Virus record (IMG/VR): IMGVR_UViG_3300044632_001218
DNA length: 64,000 nucleotides
Origin: a virus
Reading direction: 5' to 3' (one strand)
The notes beneath the pieces were generated by a model. It had not been told where the DNA came from and did no database searches. It saw only the letters and a program-made list of their open reading frames with translations. Positions 57,705-64,000 of the stretch are shown piece by piece. Every line of letters starts with the position of its first letter. Position 1 is the first letter of the stretch. The position numbers were made by a program, and so were the translations under genes.

Positions 57705-58483
57705 CTGATACATCTACAGTGAGAAAAAAACTTAAAGGGATGGGTCCAATTCTTTGGATTAATCTTGATACTGAAACTAACAGACAAGAACATATGACAA
57801 GTTTGTTAGATTTCTATGAGATTCCTCATACAAGGATTTCTGCCATTGATGCTAGGGGTGATAATGATGTTAGCGATCTTTTGGTAGGAAGATACCCAGA
57901 AATGATTACTCAAGGTGAACTTGGTTGTACAATGTCGCACCTAAAAGCAATTAAATATTTTTATGAAGAAACAGATTTAGATTACATTATTATATGTGAA
58001 GATGATATTGTGTTTGATACAGTCCCTTATTGGCCTTTCACTTGGAGTGGATTTATTTCTCATGCTCCATATGATTGGGATGTATTACAATGTGCAATTA
58101 CCAGCACTAAAAATTTGAGAGCAAATCTTCATCCAAGATTAATTAATGATTTTTGTGCAGCATTTTATATAATTACAAGACATCATGCAGCAAAGATTCT
58201 GAAGTTGCACGTAAGGGGTGATAAGTTTAGGTTGGACCAAAAATTGAAACCAAGAGCAACATCTGAAGAAATTATCTACAATACAGGCAGAACATATTCA
58301 ATGCCTTTGTTTACTTATAGATATGACTTTGACTCTGGTATTCATCAAGACCATATTGAAATTTTCCATAAAAATAATGTAGAGGGAGTTTTAAACTTTT
58401 GGAAAAGTAGATCTCCAGAAATGGGAACACAACAATTATTAGATTATGATTACTATGGTTTTTGGGAACCTTTGGTGGGTTGA
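57701..58483 (+). CDS. GT25 glycosyltransferase
   Basis: WINLD...R, GELGCTMSH, ICEDD. Confidence 0.88.
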   Translation: MTDTSTVRKKLKGMGPILWINLDTETNRQEHMTSLLDFYEIPHTRISAIDARGDNDVSDLLVGRYPEMITQGELGCTMSHLKAIKYFYEETDLDYIIICEDDIVFDTVPYWPFTWSGFISHAPYDWDVLQCAITSTKNLRANLHPRLINDFCAAFYIITRHHAAKILKLHVRGDKFRLDQKLKPRATSEEIIYNTGRTYSMPLFTYRYDFDSGIHQDHIEIFHKNNVEGVLNFWKSRSPEMGTQQLLDYDYYGFWEPLVG

Positions 58484-58513
58484 CAAAATAAAATTTTTAG
58501 GATAATATAAATA
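58480..58513 (+). promoter_or_regulatory. Dual promoter for porin: sigma70 TTGACA-N17-TAATAT overlapping late TATAAATA (58506-58513)
   Basis: Both motifs read directly. Confidence 0.65.
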
Positions 58514-58576
58514 CGTACTTGAAATCTAATAGTTAGATTTCTTAACAATTGTAGTTTAGTACTAAAAAAAATTTTT

Positions 58577-60058
58577 ATGAATTTTCTCAAACAACTAATG
58601 CTCGTGCCTGTTGCACTGGGTCTTGTTGCTCCTGCTGTGAATGCTGCAGAACTCAATAATGAGGATGTCAACAAGTATGCCTCAGTACAACAAGTTACCA
58701 GCATTACACAATTCTCTGATATCCAACCCACTGATTGGGCTTATCAGGCACTTGGCAATCTTGTAGAACGTTATGGTTGTGTGGCAGGTTATCCTAATGG
58801 CACCTTTGTTGGTCGTCAGGCAATGACTCGCTTTGAAGCAGCTGCCCTTCTCAATGCTTGCTTGGATCGTGTAACTGAAACTACTGATGAACTCAAAAAA
58901 CTCCTTGCTGAGTTTGATGCAGAACTCACAGTGATTACTTCTCGTGTAGATGGTCTTGAAAGTAAAGTTGGGCAACTTCAAGCAACCCAATTTTCTACTA
59001 CAACCAAACTTAAGGGTGAAGCTAGCTTTGTTCTTGGTGGAGTTCCTGGTTTAAAAACAAATGATGGTGGAAACGTTGGCAACACCGCATTTAACTATGA
59101 CCTTCGTCTGAACTTTGATACTTCATTCACAGGTAAGGATTTGCTTCGTACTCGTATTCGTTCTGGTAACTTCAGCAGTGATCCTTTTGGTTCAAGTTCT
59201 TCTCTGTTCAAACTGGACAAGGCAGAAACTTATGAGAACCAAGCAGTCATTGATCGTCTTTACTATCAGTTCCCAGTTACTAACAGTGTAACTCTGACTG
59301 CTGGTCCTCTGGTTCGTAACACAGAGATGGCTTGGATTCCTTCTGCTTATAAGTCAGATATCCTTGACTTCTTCCAACTTGGTGGTGCCTCTGGTGTCTA
59401 TAACAAGGCAACTGGTGCTGGTTTTGGTGCTCAGTGGAAACAACCTACTCAAAAAGGTAAAGGTGGATTTCTTGTTAACCTGAACTATGTTGCTCAAAAT
59501 GGCGACAATAGTGATACTGGTGTGTTCAATGCAGATGGTGCTCTGAACTTTATGGGTCAAGTAGGTTATCGTGCTCCTCAGTGGGGTGCTGCTGTAGCTT
59601 ACAGGTATGGTACTGAAGGTTCTCGTGTTCGTACCTTCAACTCTCTTGGTGGTGGTTCTGCTGCCCTTGTGTCTGGTCAATCCAGCAACAGCATTGCTTT
59701 AAATGCTTACTGGCAACCACAAGATTCAGGTATTGTTCCCTCAGTTTCTGTGGGTTATGGATACAATGAAATTGATGGTACTGGTTCTAAAAAGGGTGCT
59801 ACCAATTCTGATTCCTGGTTCGTTGGGCTTCAGTGGTCTGATGTGTTTGCTAAGGGTAATTCTGCTGGAGTTGCTTTTGGTCAACCTGGAAATTCTGAGA
59901 ACATTAGTGATGATGCTCAAATGCTTGAAATTTTCTACAAGTATAGAGTGTCTGATAACATCAGCATCACTCCTGCTCTCTTCTACATCAGCAACAACCA
60001 AAGATTCCAAAATGAATCTGCTTGGGGTGGCGTAGTCCAGACAACCTTCAAGTTCTGA
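58577..60058 (+). CDS. Cyanobacterial outer-membrane porin (Som/OprB type with SLH domain)
   Basis: Signal peptide, SLH FSDIQPTDWAYQAL..LVERYGCVAGYP, TRFEAAALL, C-terminal TTFKF. Confidence 0.93.
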   Translation: MNFLKQLMLVPVALGLVAPAVNAAELNNEDVNKYASVQQVTSITQFSDIQPTDWAYQALGNLVERYGCVAGYPNGTFVGRQAMTRFEAAALLNACLDRVTETTDELKKLLAEFDAELTVITSRVDGLESKVGQLQATQFSTTTKLKGEASFVLGGVPGLKTNDGGNVGNTAFNYDLRLNFDTSFTGKDLLRTRIRSGNFSSDPFGSSSSLFKLDKAETYENQAVIDRLYYQFPVTNSVTLTAGPLVRNTEMAWIPSAYKSDILDFFQLGGASGVYNKATGAGFGAQWKQPTQKGKGGFLVNLNYVAQNGDNSDTGVFNADGALNFMGQVGYRAPQWGAAVAYRYGTEGSRVRTFNSLGGGSAALVSGQSSNSIALNAYWQPQDSGIVPSVSVGYGYNEIDGTGSKKGATNSDSWFVGLQWSDVFAKGNSAGVAFGQPGNSENISDDAQMLEIFYKYRVSDNISITPALFYISNNQRFQNESAWGGVVQTTFKF

Positions 60059-60079
60059 TAATCACTCCCAAAATGAGTG

Positions 60080-60107
60080 AAAGCACCCCCCAAAGGGGTG
60101 CTTTTTT
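60080..60107 (+). terminator. Terminator after porin
   Basis: AAGCACCCC-loop-GGGGTGCTT plus T-run; a second hairpin TCACTC/GAGTGA lies just upstream. Confidence 0.9.
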
Positions 60108-60137
60108 CTTAACCAAATCTTAGTTGATTTTATATTT
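60108..60137 (+). promoter_or_regulatory. Possible Pho box upstream of pstS
   Basis: CTTAACCA-aat-CTTAGTTG-att-TTATATTT: first half-site fits YTTAAYYW, the others are degenerate, 11-bp period. Confidence 0.4.
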
Positions 60138-60174
60138 TCTTCAAATAGAATTATCTTGTAGTTATTCACTTTTT

Positions 60175-61140
60175 ATGAAACTCAAACATTTTATTGCTAT
60201 TAGTCTTGCTCTTGCACCTACTGCTGCATTTGCTGGAGTTGACCGTATCGCTGTTGCTGGTGCTACTTTCCCAGCAACTATCTATCAACGCTGGTTTGCT
60301 GCTCTTGCCAAGTCTGGTGGACCAAAAGTAAACTATCAGTCAGTTGGTTCTGGTGCTGGTCGTAAGGCATTTATTGACCAGACAGTAACCTTCGCAGCAA
60401 CTGATGATCCTATCTCTGATAAGGACAGAGCAAAGGTTTCTCGTGGTGTAGTTCAAATTCCTACCGTTGGTGGAACGATTGCTATTGCCTACAACAATCC
60501 TGCTTGTAAACTGAAACTCACCCAGAAGCAAGTAGTATCTGTCTTTATGGGTTCTATTAACAACTGGAAGGAACTTGGATGCCCTGCTGGTAAGATTTCT
60601 GTGGCACACCGTTCTGATGGTTCTGGAACCACTGCTGCCTTTACTGAATCACTTCAATCTTTCTCCAAAGAATGGACTCTTGGTGTTGGTAAGTCTGTAA
60701 ATTGGAAAGTTGGTGTTGGTGGTAAAGGTAATGAAGGCGTTGCCGGTGTTCTCCAAACTACTCCTGGTTCAATTGGTTATCTTAATCAATCTTTTGTGAA
60801 GGGTAATCTGAAAGCAGCGGCAGTTCAGAACAAGGTTGGTGAATTCGTTCTCCCCAATTATACTTCTGGCGCCAAAGCACTGAATGGTATTAAGTTGGAT
60901 AAAAATCTTGCCGGACAAAATCCCAATCCTTCTGCCAGTGGTGCTTATCCTATTGCCACTTTGACTTATGTTCTTGCCTATAAGACTGGTAATGGTCCTA
61001 AAGCAGCATCTATCAGACAGGCAATTAGTTATATGCTGAGCGATAAGGCACAGGCACTTGCTGATGATCTTGGATATGTTCCCCTTAAGGATGAAATCCA
61101 ATCACGAGCACAGGCTGCTGTGAAACTTATTGGTGAATGA
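60175..61140 (+). CDS. pstS: Phosphate ABC transporter substrate-binding protein
   Basis: AGATFPA, YQSVGSGAG, RSDGSGTT, YPIA; signal peptide from ATG 60175. Confidence 0.96.
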   Translation: MKLKHFIAISLALAPTAAFAGVDRIAVAGATFPATIYQRWFAALAKSGGPKVNYQSVGSGAGRKAFIDQTVTFAATDDPISDKDRAKVSRGVVQIPTVGGTIAIAYNNPACKLKLTQKQVVSVFMGSINNWKELGCPAGKISVAHRSDGSGTTAAFTESLQSFSKEWTLGVGKSVNWKVGVGGKGNEGVAGVLQTTPGSIGYLNQSFVKGNLKAAAVQNKVGEFVLPNYTSGAKALNGIKLDKNLAGQNPNPSASGAYPIATLTYVLAYKTGNGPKAASIRQAISYMLSDKAQALADDLGYVPLKDEIQSRAQAAVKLIGE

Positions 61141-61182
61141 TAAGTCAGTAAATCCTGACATAATTAGGTATAAATGCTTACC

Positions 61183-61219
61183 AGAGGGGCTTGACCCCTC
61201 TTTCTTTTTGCTATATAAT
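61183..61219 (+). promoter_or_regulatory. Hairpin AGAGGGG/CCCCTCT enclosing the -35 of promoter TTGACC-N17-TATAAT
   Basis: -35 at 61191, -10 at 61214; T-rich tail follows the hairpin. Confidence 0.75.
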
Positions 61220-61246
61220 TCTGTAATAGTTCTTTACAAAACTCAA

Positions 61247-61456
61247 ATGACCGTAACAAAAAATGAATTTGGACAAATGAACATGTTCGCCAAAGAGCCT
61301 ACAATGTGGATGTCAGAAGAAGACATTGAGCGTTATGGATTTGAGCCTTATGCTGAGAAAGCGGAGAAATCAAATGGACGTTGGGCTATGGTCGGTTTTG
61401 TTAGTGGGATCATTTCTTATACTCTCACTGGCAACTTCTTCTTCGGTATCTTCTGA
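61247..61456 (+). CDS. hli: High-light-inducible protein
   Basis: AEKSNGRWAMVGF chlorophyll-binding motif. Confidence 0.92.
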   Translation: MTVTKNEFGQMNMFAKEPTMWMSEEDIERYGFEPYAEKAEKSNGRWAMVGFVSGIISYTLTGNFFFGIF

Positions 61457-61542
61457 TGACTGAAATTCTTTGGACGTTAACCACAGTTGCTTTTTTTGTG
61501 ACTTTGGGTTATGCTGTAGAACAACTTGCTGAAACCTACTGA
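61456..61542 (+). CDS. 28-aa hydrophobic peptide
   Basis: [28 protein letters not shown]; TGATG coupling with hli. Confidence 0.55.
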   Translation: MTEILWTLTTVAFFVTLGYAVEQLAETY

Positions 61543-61547
61543 TTTTT

Positions 61548-61841
61548 ATGGCAACTTACAAAGTAACACTTCAATCCCCTGATGGTACTGAGACAGTCAT
61601 TGACTGCCCTGATGATCAATATATTCTCGAATCTGCTGATGAGGCAGGTGTAGATCTTCCTTCATCCTGCCGTGCTGGTGCTTGCTCTGCTTGTGCTGGT
61701 AAACTGATTAGTGGTACAGTAGATAATTCTGAGCAATCCTTTCTTGATGATGAACAAATGGAAGAAGGTTGGATTCTCACTTGTGTGGCATATCCCACCA
61801 GTGACTGTGTAATTCTTACTGAACAGGAAGAAAACCTGTGA
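61548..61841 (+). CDS. petF: Plant-type [2Fe-2S] ferredoxin
   Basis: [13 protein letters not shown]...LTCVAYP. Confidence 0.97.
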   Translation: MATYKVTLQSPDGTETVIDCPDDQYILESADEAGVDLPSSCRAGACSACAGKLISGTVDNSEQSFLDDEQMEEGWILTCVAYPTSDCVILTEQEENL

Positions 61842-62050
61842 GTGCTAGTATGTTAGGGCAACTTGAACTTGCCCTTCAAGAACTCTCTGCTGCTGGGTGG
61901 AATCCAGACACACAATTGGAAGTCAAGATTGCAGGCACCCTAAAGAATGACAAGTTTATTGCCATCAAACCTATCAAAGAAAAACTGGTTTGTAATCCAA
62001 ACCCAGAACTTAAACAACATCACACTATTAAGGAGAAAAACAATGTTTAA
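61838..62050 (+). CDS. Hypothetical protein
   Basis: 70-aa ORF coupled to petF. Confidence 0.6.
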   Translation: MSASMLGQLELALQELSAAGWNPDTQLEVKIAGTLKNDKFIAIKPIKEKLVCNPNPELKQHHTIKEKNNV

Positions 62051-62153
62051 CGAAAAGTCTGAGCGTATTAATGGTTGGTTTGCAATGATTGGTATCGTTG
62101 CTGCTATGGGAACTTATGCTTTTACTGGGCAAATCATTCCTGGCATTTGGTGA
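62043..62153 (+). CDS. hli: High-light-inducible protein (short, 36 aa)
   Basis: [17 protein letters not shown]...TGQIIPGIW. Confidence 0.9.
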   Translation: MFNEKSERINGWFAMIGIVAAMGTYAFTGQIIPGIW

Positions 62154-62240
62154 CTGAAGGTAACAAAAAAAAGTTCTTGAGTATGTAAAAACACCTGTCA
62201 GGAAAACCTCATTAGTTTGAAATAATAAGCAATAATAATT

Positions 62241-62277
62241 AACTCTATTTCTAAATATGGAAGTAGAGTTTTTTTTT
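62241..62277 (+). terminator. Terminator hairpin with TAAATA in the loop
   Basis: AACTCTATTTC-taaatatg-GAAGTAGAGTT plus T7. Confidence 0.75.
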
Positions 62278-62279
62278 AC

Positions 62280-62441
62280 ATGCCCAGAGGACAATTGACA
62301 AAAGATGAAATAAAGTGTTGGGTGTTAAAATTAAAACAAAAACTTTATAACGAAAATATTGGTTATACCTCTGACCCAAAAGCACTTGCAGATAGTTATC
62401 TGAATAAAGTTTTAGAAAAAATAGAGGAATGTCAAAGATGA
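62280..62441 (+). CDS. Small hypothetical protein (53 aa)
   Basis: MPRGQLTKDEIKCWVLKLKQKLYNE... Confidence 0.65.
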   Translation: MPRGQLTKDEIKCWVLKLKQKLYNENIGYTSDPKALADSYLNKVLEKIEECQR

Positions 62442-62512
62442 TGGAATGGTTTTTATCTTATTTTTTAATTGTTGTAGCAATTATTATAATAAAAACATCA
62501 TTATCTAAATAA
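62438..62512 (+). CDS. Possible 24-aa membrane peptide
   Basis: MMEWFLSYFLIVVAIIIIKTSLSK; ATGA coupling; could be chance. Confidence 0.35.
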   Translation: MMEWFLSYFLIVVAIIIIKTSLSK

Positions 62513-62532
62513 AATACAGAATTGATAAAGCA

Positions 62533-63219
62533 ATGAAAGTAGATCTTCACAATTTTTTTCAATATTACGATCCAAAAAATCCAAAACATGTTGCTGCAGT
62601 AGAGCAACTTGAAGTTGATTTGAAAGACTCTCCACTCTTGGATGATACCTCAAACTGGGTGAAGATTTTCAGGACAAAAGTGGAACCAGTAGTTCCAGGA
62701 GTTCTCAATGTTCCTTACTACCCTCAAACGGATAATTACAGAGACGCTAATCGTACTTGTAATAGTTCTTCCTGTGCTATGTGTCTTGAGTATTTTAGTC
62801 CAGGAACACTAAAAGGACCAAAGGGTGATGATGCTTATGTTCAAAAAGTATTCGCAGTGGGCGATACAACTGATCATGCAGTTCAGACAAAAGTTCTCAG
62901 TTCTTATGGGATTAAGTCTGAGTTTAGGTATAATCTTTCATTTGCAGATCTTGATCGTGAGTTATCTGCTGGTAGACCCGTTGTTATTGGGGTACTCCAT
63001 CGTGGCACTTTATCTTCTCCTACTGGTGGGCACATGTGTGTAGTCATAGGAAAGAAAGGTGATTGTTATGTAGTAAATGATCCTTATGGTTCTTTGAATG
63101 ATGGGTACACAGGACCTGTTACAAATGGTAAGGGTGTAGTTTATAAGAAGACGGATCTTCAATATCGTTGGTTGGAGAAAGGGAAAGATAAAACTGGTTG
63201 GGGCAGAATCTTCAAATGA
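62533..63219 (+). CDS. Peptidase C39-like protein
   Basis: VPYYPQTDN..RTCNSSSCAM, GGHMCVV, VNDPYG (Cys-His-Asp). Confidence 0.85.
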   Translation: MKVDLHNFFQYYDPKNPKHVAAVEQLEVDLKDSPLLDDTSNWVKIFRTKVEPVVPGVLNVPYYPQTDNYRDANRTCNSSSCAMCLEYFSPGTLKGPKGDDAYVQKVFAVGDTTDHAVQTKVLSSYGIKSEFRYNLSFADLDRELSAGRPVVIGVLHRGTLSSPTGGHMCVVIGKKGDCYVVNDPYGSLNDGYTGPVTNGKGVVYKKTDLQYRWLEKGKDKTGWGRIFK

Positions 63220-63833
63220 CTATAAAATTTATTGATGCAGTAAAGAATCATAAAGATCTTCCACATCAAAATAATGCTTGGCAGTTTCTTCAAGCATCAG
63301 TTCATAAAGAAATTCTAGATGAGTTTGCAAGAATTTATCGTAATCAACAGATCAATTTAACATTAGAGGGTCTCCCTGAACCTGGAGTTTTTCTCATCAA
63401 AGAGTTTGAAGGATGCCATCTTTCTGCATACTATGACCCCCTCACAGGAGGACTTCCGATCACAATAGGGTGGGGAAGCACCAGAAGAAAAGATGGATCC
63501 ATTTTTATGATTGGGAATCGTATTTCTCAAGAAGAAGCAGATGATCTTTTATACTTTCAATTGCGTCGTGAGTTTCTTCCAACACTTCAAAAAATTCCAT
63601 ATTGGAGGGAGATGAATGAAAATCAACAAGGCGCAATTCTTAGCTTTGCTTATAATCTTGGTGCTGATTTTTATGGAAGCCCTGACTTTAATACGATAAC
63701 TAAAGTCCTTAAGAATAAGGAGTGGGGTAAAGTTCCAGAGGCACTCAAACTCTATCGTAATCCTGGTAGTAAAGTAGAGAAAGGATTACTCAGAAGAAGA
63801 ACTGCCGAAGGTGCCCTCTGGTCTTCCAAGTAA
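63216..63833 (+). CDS. GH24 lysozyme (endolysin)
   Basis: IKEFEGC..AYYD...TIGWG, SFAYNLG, GLLRRRTAE. Confidence 0.92.
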   Translation: MTIKFIDAVKNHKDLPHQNNAWQFLQASVHKEILDEFARIYRNQQINLTLEGLPEPGVFLIKEFEGCHLSAYYDPLTGGLPITIGWGSTRRKDGSIFMIGNRISQEEADDLLYFQLRREFLPTLQKIPYWREMNENQQGAILSFAYNLGADFYGSPDFNTITKVLKNKEWGKVPEALKLYRNPGSKVEKGLLRRRTAEGALWSSK

Positions 63834-63980
63834 CTTTCTACCACGCCTCCAAGTTCTACGAATTGCAGAACGAACTTCTGGTGGTTGTTGTTTAATTTTT
63901 ATATTTCTATTCTCATTAAAGAAACCATCATTAGTCAGTAATCTAATGAGGATGATTATCGGAAGAATTGTTTTCTTCAT
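63786..63980 (-). CDS. Small minus-strand hypothetical protein converging on the lysozyme gene
   Basis: 64-aa ORF with hydrophobic N-terminus and R-rich C-terminus; no + strand ORF covers 63834-63980. Confidence 0.5.
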   Translation of the reverse strand: MKKTILPIIILIRLLTNDGFFNENRNIKIKQQPPEVRSAIRRTWRRGRKLLGRPEGTFGSSSSE

Positions 63981-64000
63981 TATCCCAGATAAGAATTTTG

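Noticed and set aside
58551-58562. GTA..TAC upstream of the porin as an NtcA site
   Set aside because: Spacer is 6 nt, not 8.
101-60609. Many minus-strand and alternate-frame ORFs in the track (e.g. 4529-4807, 10879-11223, 12866-13297, 42406-42858)
   Set aside because: They lie opposite or inside well-supported genes and have no RBS or recognisable motifs; treated as shadow ORFs.
1-64000. Alternative genetic code or stop-codon readthrough
   Set aside because: Core genes are full length under code 11 and all three stop codons terminate genes; no suppressor tRNA was seen.

Overview
A 64-kb segment of a T4-like cyanomyovirus genome (AT-rich, almost all genes on the + strand; hli, petF, pstS, a Som-type porin and hsp20 point to a cyanobacterial host). 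In order: modular E-rich putative head proteins; head and tail morphogenesis genes (gp17, 18, 19, 20, 21, 22, 23, 3); uvsY/uvsW/gp55/gp47/gp46; replisome (gp45, gp44, dam, gp62, regA, hsp20, gp43, uvsX, gp41, mazG); two putative nucleases plus a DNA methylase; further virion genes; primase and nrdAB; a non-coding-RNA-rich region (glnA-type glutamine riboswitch, two tRNAs, a manA/wcaG-like RNA); an 11.6-kb sugar-nucleotide and glycosyltransferase island; porin-pstS; hli-petF-hli; and a C39 peptidase plus lysozyme. Most notable: (1) an NtcA box + glutamine riboswitch + 26-aa basic peptide + terminator unit resembling the host gifB control architecture; (2) an exact 26-bp element present twice in opposite orientation 28 kb apart, each copy directly behind a near-consensus sigma70 promoter; (3) T4-type capsid-targeting sequences on two nucleotidyltransferase-fold enzymes; (4) a Gmd-ColD-ColC (GDP-colitose-type) pathway with GT11/GT10 transferases. 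All assignments come from motif recognition by eye; no database searches were run.
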